Below are positions 14,545 to 27,959 of a DNA stretch of 64,000 bases, in pieces (the stretch's first letter is position 1; each line of letters begins with the position of its first letter). Position numbers and translations under genes: made by a program. The stretch covers positions 43,400,001 through 43,464,000 of the forward strand of contig OX597834.1 in assembly GCA_951406725.2 (NCBI GenBank), written 5' to 3'. This DNA comes from Octopus vulgaris (lineage: Eukaryota). Under the pieces are notes generated by a model, which was not told the DNA's origin, did no database searches, and saw only the letters and a list, made by a program, of their open reading frames with translations.

Positions 14545-14728
14545 ATTCTAAATTTTGGCAGAAAGCTAGCAAATTCGAGAGACGTTGCTGGTCACTATAT
14601 ATGGGCCCTGGTACCCGGTACTCAACTGGTGCTTATTTTATCGAGTCCCAAAACGATGAAAAGCAAAGTCGACCTCGGCCGAATGCCTCTTAGAATTCTT
14701 CTCATCGTGCTCACGATTTTGCCAGCTT
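14545..14728 (-). mobile_element. Diverged SINE-A
   Basis: caactggtgcttattttatcgagtccc..gatgaaaagcaaagtcgacctcggc..ttttgccagct. Confidence 0.65.
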
Positions 14729-14974
14729 GAGACTTTATGAACGACGAAATTTTGAAAGAAATAAAGGTAACCCTGTATTTTGCACACAGAAAAAGAAAGC
14801 TGATCGATACCAACATTATCAAACACCAGTTGCTCGATAGCAGAAATCAGTAGAAATTGTATTAACCATCGTAAACTGCAAAATTCTCTTCCAGAGCGGT
14901 TTATGACCACAAATAGTAAAACCCTGATGAGGTGTAGAGAGACTAATCCAGTTTACTTAAATGATGCATATATA

Positions 14975-15299
14975 AGACTCCCTTCGGTCATGAATGACCA
15001 TGGAATTGCACCTAGAAACTAGAAAATTACCCTCCGAGGCACAAGTCTACCAAGGTTGTTTGTGGAAGGCCAGCAGTCGGCCATGCATAAAAGCCTCTCC
15101 TCTCCACACCACTGATGTTATCCAAGAGAAAAGCAAAGGCTGTCGCACAGAATTGGTCATTTTCCAGCTGAGTGGACCGGAGCAACGTGAAATGAAGCAT
15201 CTTGCTCGAGAACAAAACACGTCGCCTGCACCAGGAATCGAAACCACAATCTTTCGATCGTGAGTCCAACCACCTTAACCACTAAGCGCCGCGACTCCA
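14975..15299 (-). mobile_element. SINE-C2 head and CORE-like domain with a third tail type
   Basis: 15160-15299 matches 49900-50034. 14975-15160 is a different tail (cttcggtcatgaatgaccatgg...). Confidence 0.8.
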
Positions 15300-15475
15300 A
15301 TAGCATACATATACACGAACGCATTTTTAAACGTTAACGTGCATATATATTTAAGCACGAGTGTGGGCATCAGTTTATGCGTGTGTGCGTCGTTCATATA
15401 AAAATATGTGTGTGTGTAAATTTTGGGACTACTAATGCTTATGCATCAATTAGTGTGTTAACATATATATATATG

Positions 15476-15507
<32 letters not shown>

Positions 15508-16055
15508 TATCTATATATATATATATAGTGTGTGTTTATATATATATACACACACATATATATATATATATATACATACATACATACATATATATTTACA
15601 CACACATGTATATATGTTTGTGTGTGTGTTTATAAGTAACTAATTCTATATAGAATTTCGAGCTTACTCAATAGGTGTAATACATAAAAGAGTGATATCT
15701 TTATAGATTTCGGTGGCTATTGTTCCACTGTAGCAGTTACATCATGGCCAGTGCTGACTTGGCAGTCCTTAGATTGGCTTTGCATAAAGTAATTTTTCGT
15801 GACACGCCATCAGTGGACCACCTGGACTGCGCTAAACTTACGGTAAAAAGTACTAACAGGGAAACATACGTATGTATGCATGTATGTATGTATATCTATC
15901 TGTGTATCTTCTGTGAATATCTATCTATATACACATACAGACATACATATTCGTATAAATATATATATATATAATTGTGTGCGTGTTTAAATACATATAT
16001 ATAATATTATAAGTGTACATACATACATTTATACTCACATGCATACATACAGACG

Positions 16056-16102
<47 letters not shown>

Positions 16103-16254
16103 GTATACACACACACACATATATATATATATATACTTACATAGATTCATAACTCTAAAGACCGTTCTTCTTTCTGCACACACTTTACATCCTCATAACT
16201 GGCACTTTCTATTCGTTTCCAAACACCTTTCTATAACTGACCAACAGATTTCTT

Positions 16255-16330
<76 letters not shown>

Positions 16331-16926
16331 ATGTGTGTGCCTGCGAAACGCTTTAGTCCGATGCTCCACCGTTTCAGCCAACGCAATCTCCATTTGCTAC
16401 GTGACGTCTGCCATTATTAATTGACTACAACATTTCGGATATTCGTTTTGTTGCAGATAACGATGCTCTATCGATTGCTACTCTAATATTTCTCTCTATA
16501 CAATTCTAGGTTTGATGACGGTTTATGGGGCAACTTCATAAAAGTAACTCTCCGTTAATTGTGCTTGTAGGTTGTCGCAGTTCTTTCTAAAACAATTTTG
16601 TAACTCTCTTTCACGATTCGAACGAAATGCTTCCTTTTTCAACTTTATTCATTCGATTGCAAAGACGAAATGATAGACTTTTCGGTATATCAGCACTCGA
16701 TATTAACAATCGATTAATGGCGACGCAAACCAACACAAACCTAATAATCCTAATGACTATACTACGATATGGTTTACTTAAGTCATTTTAGTAACGTATT
16801 TGGTTTTTCCTATCGTTTCTATTCAGTTATCGATGTTCTCTTCAGTCTTCAGTTCCCTTTTGCGTGGGTGGTGATTAAGGGTACGTTCTAAAAGGAAATC
16901 TATGGAGAAATAAAGTCTATGCGTCA

Positions 16927-17013
<87 letters not shown>

Positions 17014-17152
17014 ATTATTAGGGACAGCTAGGATACTTAGGTGGGGGGGTTCTTTGGAATCTACGGTTACTTGATGTAGCCCGATGGTAGGAAGTTTTTT
17101 CTTTTCCAACACTCTAATCTGTTGGGTGTATGTGAATAATAATAATAATGAC

Positions 17153-17195
<43 letters not shown>

Positions 17196-17196
<1 letters not shown>

Positions 17197-17392
17197 AAAT
17201 ACATAAAAACACCAGGACTTAGAAACACATATAACATACAGAAAATTACACTACTAGGCACTGCACACATCCTACGCAGAACACTTTCCATACAATAACC
17301 ATCAGACCATCACAACAGATCACAGCACATACCCAAGGCACACAGAGCTGCACTCGGTTGTGAAGTGAAAGCACGTTATAAAAATGAAACTA

Positions 17393-17395
<3 letters not shown>
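17196..17395 (+). mobile_element. 3' end of an R4/Dong-clade (restriction-like endonuclease) non-LTR retrotransposon
   Basis: 17197-17298 translates to KYIKTPGLRNTYNIQKITLLGTAHILRRTLSIQ*. QK..LLGTA.ILRR.L is the typical R4/Dong C-terminus. (TAA)n flanks both sides. Confidence 0.8.
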
Positions 17396-17465
<70 letters not shown>

Positions 17466-17466
<1 letters not shown>

Positions 17467-17690
17467 TGATGATATCATTTATTTGCAACAAGGGCAAATA
17501 GGTGGGGGAACAATAAAAAAGATAGGTGGGGGAACAATAAAAAGACAGACATAAGGTGTGGGTGTTTACATATAATGAAATGATAGAAAAAAGGACAGAA
17601 AGAAGGAAATGAAGCCTACACGGTATACACCGAAATAGAAGGTTCATATGCATGGCGTACAGAAGTTAAAAATGAAAATAATTGGCGGGG
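17466..17690 (-). mobile_element. Probable LINE 3' UTR fragment (Tx1/L1-like tail)
   Basis: Minus strand ends gcccttgttgcaaataaatgatatcatc, similar to the 3' end at 36890-36923. Contains an internal duplication of about 24 bp (ataggtgggggaacaataaaaa). Confidence 0.45.
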
Positions 17691-17705
17691 AAGATGATGG
17701 AGTGT

Positions 17706-18053
17706 CATAATAATCATAATGATAATGATGTTGTTGTTGGTTGTGGTGATGGTGATGATGATGACGATGACGTTCGTGACGATGATGGTGATGATGACGG
17801 TGACGGTGATGATTACAATGATGATGATGATGATAATGATGATGATGATTACGATGATGATGAGGATGAGGATGAGGATGAGGATGAGGATGATGAGGAT
17901 GATGATTACGATGATGATGAGGAGGAGGATGATGGTGGTGGTGGTGGTGAGCATGAAGATGACTAGGATGGTGATGATGATGATGATGATGACGAGGAGG
18001 AAGAGCATGATGATGACGATGACAATGATGATGACGATGTTGATGATGATTTG
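17706..18053. repeat. Degenerate (GAT)n microsatellite
   Basis: Visible directly. Confidence 0.95.
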
Positions 18054-19014
18054 ACGAACAAAAATAAGTAAATAGAACACTCAGTCTAATTGGTCAGCGG
18101 TGAACATTAGCGAGCGTAGGTATCAAATGTTTAAACTCGATTAGTTACGGCTCACAGTTCTGCACAAAAGAATAAATGAAAATGTACTACATTAATAGAA
18201 ATGCTTAAACGTGATTTTAAGAGACCATTTAATGTTAGACGTTGGAAGGAAGAAGGAAATAAAATGGAGACCAAAAGAAGAAAAATAATAATAATAATAA
18301 TAAAATAACTGACTTAGACTAACACAGAGAGAGAATTTAACAATGAAATCGTAGAAGTCTTGTAATCTTGTTTCAAACTGCTGAGGTGTAGGGGTTTAAG
18401 AAAAAAAAAAGTATCACGAAATGAAAATAAAATATAAAGGAATACACGGAGATGTAGATTGGATAACAGCACAAACAAGAAGGAAATAAAATAAGATAAA
18501 AAAAAAAGCAACCAAAACATTCAGCGGCACATCTTTTTGCCTCTTCATCTCTGTCATTCATTCTCATTCACTTTCTTCTTTTTCTTGTGAACTTTGAGAA
18601 TTCTAGGCAAGAAATGACGGGAATCGTTTATTCGGTGTTAATGGAAGCGATCGGGGGTTGGACGAAGGGAGTAAGGGGCTCCGGACTGTCATTGAAATGT
18701 GTTGAAGCTAAGAATACAAGTGGAAAACAACAACGACAAAAAAAAAATAATAAAAGACATGGCGGTGAGGTACGGAGTAAATCTGGTTGGGAGTTGATTC
18801 GGCACAGAAAACAATTGAAAAACTTTTCATTAGGGAAAAAAAAGGGAGACGGGGGGGGGGGGGGCTGGAAATACGAAACGAAATTGACAAAGCAAATATC
18901 TATAAAAAGAGGAAATATAATATTGGTGCTCTCTGGTAGTACATTGGTCAATAGAATACTGGGTACACAGTGCCACATATATATATGTGTGTGTGTGTGT
19001 GTGTTTGCGTATAC

Positions 19015-19052
<38 letters not shown>

Positions 19053-19773
19053 ATACATACATATATATATGTGTGTGCGTGTGTATATGTACATACATAT
19101 ACTTGTATATATATATATGAATACATGCATATGTATATGTAAGTATATATATATTATTACAAGGAACAATACAAAGAGAGAGAGGGAGAGGGAGAGCGGG
19201 AAAGATAGAGAGAGTGAAAGAGAGCATTTGATGAGAAGAAAACGAATAAGCTAATAAGTTGTGTTTCCTTCATTTTCTATTCATGCCAAAACACTTCATC
19301 TAAGAAAGGAAGATGTTTGTTTTAAAGAGATTAATTACACATTGATGTCTACTGATATCTTTAGTTGAATCTAGTAAAAATATATTTCTGTCTCTTTAAA
19401 TAATATATTGAATAATGACATTAAAAGCTAGAAATATAAAATTAAGTAGTAAAAAGGAAAAAATTACTTAGACTGGTACAGAAGCGTAATTAGTTATGAG
19501 CGCACATTGGCGCCACTATGTGGTCGGCCGACCAGCTACGAATAGCTCCTGCGTCTCCTCAAAAGACAGAATACGTTTCTGTCAAGATAAATAAAAATTA
19601 TATGGTATTAGATATTGTATGGTCGAAGAAGAGGGTATAACCACGCAGGGAAGGAATTAGGTAGAGCCAAGAAGCTACCGATATTTAGGAAAAGGTGACG
19701 CTCTCTACGTATTTTCACCAGCATCTATATGAACAATCTGCGTATATACTAGCTATGTATGTATATATATATA

Positions 19774-19866
<93 letters not shown>

Positions 19867-20006
19867 AATCGTCACAAATTGAGACTGGGCTTGCAGAAGC
19901 ATATTGCAAGGCATAAAAGTTAACATGTCTGAAAGCTGTAAGAAGCGCTTAATATATATACACTGACAGGGGAGATAACCGCCTCATGAACCACTCTAGA
20001 GATCAC

Positions 20007-20056
20007 GGGACTAGACTAAGTTTCGCTCATCAGTCGTAGGCTCGTCAGCAGTGACC
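20007..20056 (-). ncRNA. Hammerhead ribozyme-like motif
   Basis: Minus strand reads ACUG-CUGACGA-GC..(loop)..GC-GAAAC-UUA-GUC-UAGU: core, GUC cleavage triplet and 4-bp stem I (ACUG/UAGU). Confidence 0.55.
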
Positions 20057-20142
20057 ACTCAATCGCTTTATGGCTTGACTACACCAGACTATCACTACAA
20101 ATATTTACCATATAATTTTATATTTGATTTAGCGAAATGCTA

Positions 20143-20208
<66 letters not shown>

Positions 20209-20212
20209 ATAT

Positions 20213-20530
20213 GTATCACTTTGGAATAGAGGATATCCTGAAACTCCCATACTCTCTTTTTTCAGGTGAAGCTCTCATGGTATCCAACACCGTTAGAGAC
20301 TTGGGAGTAAATGTGAACGGCAACATAAGCTGGGCCGCTGATATAAACAGTAAAGTTGACCTGGACCGCAGAATCTGTTCCTGGATTCTCAGAAGTTTCC
20401 TGTCGAGAGATATCCACCCGAATATCATTCTCTTCTCCACTTTTGCCCACCCCACCTTGAATACTACTGTCCACTGTGGCCTACCCACACGAAACAAAGT
20501 ATCATGAAAACTGAAGCACATCAAACGTCA
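20213..20530 (+). pseudogene. CR1/L2-like LINE ORF2 fragment (post-RT region)
   Basis: HFG..LPYSL..VRDLGVNV..ISW..I.SKV..RRICSWILRSF.SRD, then a frameshift to HLEYYCPLWP. These are typical RDLGV and P.LEY..P.W motifs. Confidence 0.85.
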
Positions 20531-20685
20531 AACTGCTAGGTTACGGGGACGTAAACACACCAGCATCGGATGTTAATCGATGTTGGGTGGAGACAAACAC
20601 AGAGACACAAATATATACATATACATACATATATATATATATGTGTATATATATATATATATGTATGTATATGTATATGTATATA

Positions 20686-20735
<50 letters not shown>

Positions 20736-20893
20736 TATATATATCAATATATATATACGACGAGCTTCCTTCACAAGGCTTTGGTCGGCCCCAGGGTTAT
20801 AGTAGAGGACACTTGCCCAAGGTGCCACGAAGTGAGACTGAACCCAGAACCATGTGATTCGTAAGCAAACTACTTACAACACAACCACTCCTA
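20531..20893 (-). mobile_element. SINE-B with expanded internal (TA)n
   Basis: ttacggggacgtaaacacaccagcatcgg, then about 150 bp of TA-rich repeat, then aggctttggtcggccc..gacacttgcccaaggtgccacg. Confidence 0.85.
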
Positions 20894-20902
20894 TGTGCGC
20901 GA

Positions 20903-20939
<37 letters not shown>

Positions 20940-21740
20940 CATATACTCTTATATACACACACACAAACAGGTACACAAATACACACACACACACACACAC
21001 GCACGCACACACCTATATTAGAGTGAGAGAGACAGAGAAGCAACGAGTGAATAGAGAGGGTGATAAAGAGAGACAGGGTGGGAGGAGAAAGAGAGAACGA
21101 GAGACTGTCCGTCCTCTTTCCTTCATTTCTCATTCATTTCCATGCGATGCATCTTATCAGTTTCATCTCCTCTCAACTATTTCTATGGGTATTCCTATCC
21201 TACGTCTCTGATAGCAGTGTCTGAATTTAATTGAATGTTCTCGGTTTTAATTAATTTGCCTCTTCTAAGAATAGAATTGGCACATTTATCTAGTTCCAAA
21301 CACAGTTGTATATCTTGGCTGAATTCATATCTAATTATTTCTCTGTTTCCCACCATGCTTTAGGTCCTTGTAAGTAGTTTTAAATTATTCATGTAAATGA
21401 CGTGTGTTATCATTTCTTCATAACATTCGCTAGTATTGCAAATGTACTTACGGACAGATATTTAGGCAGAAAAGCAGAAAAGATTGGTGACAACCCGTGA
21501 GCTTCCACTTATTATGGGTTAAGGTCTGTCTTTAAGGGCTATTTTCTTGATTCTAATATTTAAAATCTACCGAGGTCTATTTTGACTTCCATGCTTTTGG
21601 GGTCGATAAAATGTTTAGCACTTGAGCGCTTCGGTCAATGTTAACGCTTTAACTCTTTCCACCAAAACCGCTAGCCTTGGGTCCAAAATTGAAATCAGTA
21701 TGTGATATCAACAATAATCAGCAATATAATAAAATAAATA

Positions 21741-21857
21741 AATGCGCCCTTTTAAAGCCTAGCTAGGCTCATGGGCCCGGTTTCTCGGTTTCAATGGCGT
21801 ATATGTTTCCCAGCTGGTCGGGATATGCCAGTCTAACGCAGCGTTACTCATTTTTGT
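21741..21857 (-). mobile_element. SINE-C2 3' tail fragment
   Basis: aatgcgcccttttaaagcctagc..gcagcgttactcatttttg matches 49794-49900. Confidence 0.8.
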
Positions 21858-22137
21858 CTAAGTCTAAGTTTTCACCTTCATGAAAGACAGAGAGAAGCTT
21901 AACAAAACTCTCAGCTGATAAGCTAGAAATTAAATGGGTGTTGGGTGAATCGATGTCCACTGAAGCTATAAAACTCACGAGGAACGCAATAATAAATGTT
22001 CCCTTGCCCTATCCCGAGCAACATCAAGATTGGTACAGTCCTGAATATCGTTCAACAGGCAACCACCCGTATATTATCGTCCCTGTGTCACATCAGGCCT
22101 TTAATTTGAACTCTCTCTACATCCTTCTCCCCCCATT

Positions 22138-22682
22138 CAACTGGTACTTAATTCATCGACCTCGAAAGGATAAAGTGCAAATTTAACCTCGGCAGAATTT
22201 GAAATCAGACCGTAAATACAGTCGAAATACCTATTTCTTTAATACCCACAAGAGGATAAACACAGAGAGGATAAACAAGGACAAACAAAGGGATTAAGTC
22301 GATTATATCGACCCCAGTGCGTAACTGGTACTTAATTTATCGATCCCGAAAGGATGAAAGGCAAAGTCGACTACGGTGGAATTTGAACTCAGCACGTAAC
22401 GGCAGACGAAGTACCTCTAAGCATTTCACCCGGTGCTCTAACGTTTCTTATTTCTTTACTGTCCACAAGGGGCTACACACAGAAGGGACAAACAAGGATA
22501 GACAAAGGGATTAAGTCGATTATATCGACCCCAGTGCGTAACTGTTACTTATTTAATCGACCCCGAAAGGATGAAAGGCAAATTCGACCACGGCGGAATT
22601 TGAACTCAGAACGTAACGGCAGACGAAATACGGCTACGCATTTCGCCCGGCGTGCTAACGTTTCTGCCAGATGGCCGCCTTT
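22138..22682 (-). mobile_element. SINE-A trimer
   Basis: Full unit 22449-22682, unit 22232-22448 lacking the extreme 5' end, and a partial diverged unit 22138-22231. Confidence 0.92.
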
Positions 22683-23243
22683 CAAGCGAGAAGAATAGCT
22701 GAAGTAACTAAGCATAATCAGTGAGAGAAATAAGCTAAATGTGAAAGCTAAGCGTTGGGAGCAAAAGTATGATGAGGTAGGACGAAATTGAAATTTGTAT
22801 TAGGTGAAGGAAACATCCCAAAGTCTCCGCTGCGGTGACATGATGACTTTTCGGACATAATTACCAATGAATATGTAAGTGAATGGTGTAGATCTGTAGT
22901 TCTGTAATGGAGTATTTAAAATAAATTTACGTCTTATACATGTAAACATTTGTAGACAGGAACTTATGTCTGCATGCGTATTTATCTGTGTATGTATGTA
23001 TGTATGTATGTATGTATGTATGTATGTATGTATGTATGTATGTATGTATGTGCGCGCATGCGTGTGTAGGTGTGTGTAGTTATGTATGTATACCATATAT
23101 ATATATGTTCATATAAATATATATATGTATATATATATATACATATATATATATATCGAAGGTGTGGGTAAATTAATATATTCTTGTTTAATATATTAAA
23201 TTTTATTATTATATCATATTGATATTAAAAGTCACGGATATAA

Positions 23244-23330
<87 letters not shown>

Positions 23331-23855
23331 CAGATATATAACGATATAAATAAATACACACAGACATATATATACATATATATTTGTGCATATGTATATG
23401 TGTACATGTAAGTATGTATGTTTGTGTGTGTTTGCGTGGTGGAATAAAGAAATAGTGTGTTTGCGTGGTGGTGGGGGGCGTGCGTGTACCTGAGTATACA
23501 TTAAATCTATTTCTAGGGATATATTTACATAAATATAAACGCATTCATAAATATATTAATCAAATCTCTCTTCATCTTTTTATCTCTCCCCTCCTTGTTT
23601 ATTATACACACACACGCACGCCTACACACACGTGTTCACTGACATGTATGTATATGTCTATAAATGTGTGTGTGTGTGTTAGAGAGAATTACCCGTGTGT
23701 TGATGTACAAAAATAACCAATGGATTATAATGTGTGAGGTCATGCAAATCTTAAATATCTGCAACTATATTCGTAGGTTACGATAAATATCTTCATAAAA
23801 ATTGCAATGAGAGTGTCTGTCAGAAACATTATGGTTAGCTTTATGTGTATGTTCA

Positions 23856-24018
23856 CAGGCGTAGCTCTGTAGTAAGATGTTAGCTTTACAACCACACAGT
23901 TCTGGGTTCAATCTCACTGCGTGGTGCTTTGTTGAAGTGTATTCTATTATAGCCGCGGGCCGGCCAAAGGCTTATGAGTGGATTTGGTAGATGGAAAATG
24001 GTAGAAGCCCCTCGTATA

Positions 24019-24059
<41 letters not shown>

Positions 24060-24300
24060 AAGGTAGGAAAATAGAGAGAGACTGTGTGTGTATGTGTGTT
24101 TGTGTTTGTGTTTGACTCCCGCGACCGGTGTTGATATGTTTACGTCCCCCGTAACCTAATGATTTTGCAGAACGGAACGGTAGACTCCTAGAAGTAACAG
24201 GCTCTAAAAAGATACTAGAGACGATTCGGTCGACAAAAACCCTCTTCAAGTCAGTGCTCCTGCTTGGCCGCAGTCTAATAAACTGAAACAATTAAAATAT
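23856..24300 (+). mobile_element. Diverged SINE-B with internal (TG)/(GA) expansion
   Basis: caaccacacagttctgggttcaatctcactgcgtgg..gtggatttggtagatggaaa..tttacgtccccgtaacc..ggccgcagtc. Confidence 0.8.
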
Positions 24301-24896
24301 AAAGGATGAATGTATAAGCATATATAGGTTTATATACATATAATATAATATATGTATGTATATGTATGTATATAAATGTGTGAGTGTATATGTATATAAT
24401 GTTTTCTACATAGGTATATGTTTATGTATGAATGCATATGCGTGTGTATGCATGAGTATAATGGTGTTATTGTATGTTGTGTAATATTTATGCTCTTAGT
24501 TACACGTATATCCATAACTATTATACATTCATACCTATACTGGCGTATGTAACAGTAAGGCAGCTATTGGTACGAATACAGCAAATACCGTGCACAAATA
24601 TAGATATGTAAAAATTTTGTAATACACTTGAATTAATTTCCACTTTGTCCGCTGATCTAGCGGATATGCACAGGTGAACATAGAAACGCAGCGACAAAAA
24701 CCGGACTGACATGAAAACCTAAGGACAAATGCACAAACACACGAAACCCGTCAAACACAGAAAACACACAAACACAAACATACAAGCTACGCCGAAACAT
24801 CAGAAAGAAAAATCGTCGTTTGACACAAACGGCTGTTTCTTAATATAAATACTTTAAGTAAGAGCGATAGAAGATTAGAAAATTTCTCCAACTAGA

Positions 24897-24923
24897 AATA
24901 ATAATAATGATAATAGTAATAAC

Positions 24924-24991
<68 letters not shown>

Positions 24992-25012
24992 TAATAAAAA
25001 TGATGATAATAA

Positions 25013-25057
<45 letters not shown>

Positions 25058-25078
25058 TAATAATAATGATGATAATAA

Positions 25079-25141
<63 letters not shown>

Positions 25142-25183
25142 TAATAATAATAATAAAAATAATAATAATGATGATAAAAATAA

Positions 25184-25240
<57 letters not shown>

Positions 25241-25280
25241 TAATAATAATAATAAAAATAATAATAATGATGATAATAAA

Positions 25281-25352
<72 letters not shown>

Positions 25353-25387
25353 AAACGGAAGAAAATTAAAGAAAGCAGGAACAAAAC

Positions 25388-25458
<71 letters not shown>

Positions 25459-25459
25459 C
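24897..25459. repeat. Long (AAT)n microsatellite with recurring AAA/GAT variants
   Basis: Visible directly; yields poly-I/L pseudo-ORFs. Confidence 0.95.
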
Positions 25460-25958
25460 AGACGAATATTTCAAAGTCAATCGTCAAATATATAATTGAT
25501 CAGATTGCTGATAGTTCTTTGTTTGATCATGTCACACGGCATTCTCAACGTTGGAATTATCACCATTCAACAACTTTAAGCAGGAGGGCAGCCATATTTC
25601 ATTAATTGGTCTTGAGAAAAATTTCCTATGCATCTATATACATGTACGTACAAATATACACATATGAATAAATACCTAATATGAATAGGCGTATACGTAA
25701 TACAAGTGTATGTGCGTGTGCATGTGTGCGTGTAGGAGTATATTAAACATATCAAATATTATATATATATATATATATATCAGTGTGTAAGTATATGCTT
25801 ATATAAAGTTAGAGAGAGATACGTTTCATATATATCTGTTTATTTTACATCTATGTATGTGCACACTCACGCTTATGTATAAATACATTTGCAGTATCTA
25901 TTCATATATATATACATATACATGAATTATGTGAGTAGAAAATATGCACATATATGTA

Positions 25959-26001
<43 letters not shown>

Positions 26002-26013
26002 GTATGTATATAT

Positions 26014-26089
<76 letters not shown>

Positions 26090-26291
26090 TTATATGCGTG
26101 TGTATGTGTCTGTATGCCCGCGCGCGTGCGTGAGTGCGTGATTCTGTACAGTTGTTGCGAATTAATAACAAAATCCTAATGTATTACTTTCACAGATATT
26201 AAAACGATTTTGCAACCAGCGATAGATTGCGAACAGGATATGTACACAGACACTTAAGCACACACACACACGCCTATATACACATACACAC

Positions 26292-26367
<76 letters not shown>

Positions 26368-27547
26368 AGCATGGAGAGGGCCTGAAATAGAGAAAGAAAG
26401 AGAAAGAGAAGGACTGAGAGAGAGAGAGAAAGAGAAGGACTGAGAGAGAGAGAGGCATGTGTGCGTATAAATGACCGCGAAAGCGAGTGTGTTTGAGGTC
26501 ATTTATTTTTAATATTTGCTATGCAAGCATGTTTTCGGAAACAAAGTTTTTCATGTCTTCCCAACCAGATTCTTTATTGGATTTTCGCTGTAGAATTAAT
26601 CCTGTAAATAGATTGTAATAAACCAACATCCGTATTATGTGTAGAATGCGTGTCTCTACATCTGTCTCTCTACATCTTACACTACATTATATATTGATAC
26701 ACAGACACACACACACACACACACACTCACTCACACACATACATACACTCATACACGGATATTCACACATATATGACACCTTGCCTCACATCTTTCTTCA
26801 TTACCTTTTCTTTCACTCTCTCTCTCCATCACTCTCTCTCGCTCTCACTCTCTATATATCAAGATAGACATATACATACATATACATATATATATGCATA
26901 TATATATATATATATATATACATGCATATATATATATACATATTTATATATACACCTATATATATATATATAACTACCTACATACGCAGGAACATACAAC
27001 ACTTGTTATCATTTAATGTCGATTAGATGTAGTTATATAAGATATTACATATAAACAAATTATGTATGTATGTATATATGGGTATATTTTATATGTGTAT
27101 AAATATACGGATTTATGTATATATAAACGTGTGTGTGCGTATGCATGTGTGTGTGTGTGTGTGTAATAAAATAAAGTGAATGGTCACTGTAATTTCGAGG
27201 TATTGCAATATATATATTTTGATACAGATTCCAACGTACACAGCTACACAAGCACACACAAACACAAACACAAACACAAATACACTCACACAAAACACAC
27301 ACACACACACGCTCATAGACATATATATAAACAAACATAGTCGTATGTAACAATGTCACAACTTCAAAAGTCCGTTCCTTTTAATTTCATTTAATTATTA
27401 TTACCATGAATGTGAATCTGGTTTTTTTTACACTTATTGAGTTCTCCGCTAAAATTGCTTAACTCAAAAGAAATATTTTGGGTCATATACAAGTAATATT
27501 AATTCTCACATTATTATTAAAAACTGTTATTATTATTATTATTATTA

Positions 27548-27585
<38 letters not shown>

Positions 27586-27959
27586 TCAATGAATATATAT
27601 ATTATGTATATTATTGAATATATATATAATACATTTGTTGGGTGTGTATATATATATTTTGCATAGAGATAGATGTACTACATGTACAGAGAAACATACA
27701 ACTAGACCACAAATGTGATTCTACTCACTTTTGTATGGCTAAACGCCTGTTCTGTTGGTGATAAGCTAGAACAGGAACTGTGCTTGTGACACCTATTGCA
27801 GGTGCAACATAGATACATAGATGTCTTCTGTTTCGTAGGTAAGCTGTTGAGTGTAAGACAGGACACTGGAAGAAATATGGAAGTTTGGACATTTGATGTA
27901 GGAACGTACAAACAGCGACTGATGACCTCTTCATCATCTGTGACACTGACATAATCTAT

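Noticed and set aside
14920-14945. CTGATGA box
   Set aside because: No downstream GAAA or stems, so it is not a hammerhead.
27720-27950. Possible APE endonuclease remnant (WLNACSVGDK, DDLFIICD)
   Set aside because: Only two short weak motifs with the wrong spacing; insufficient to call.
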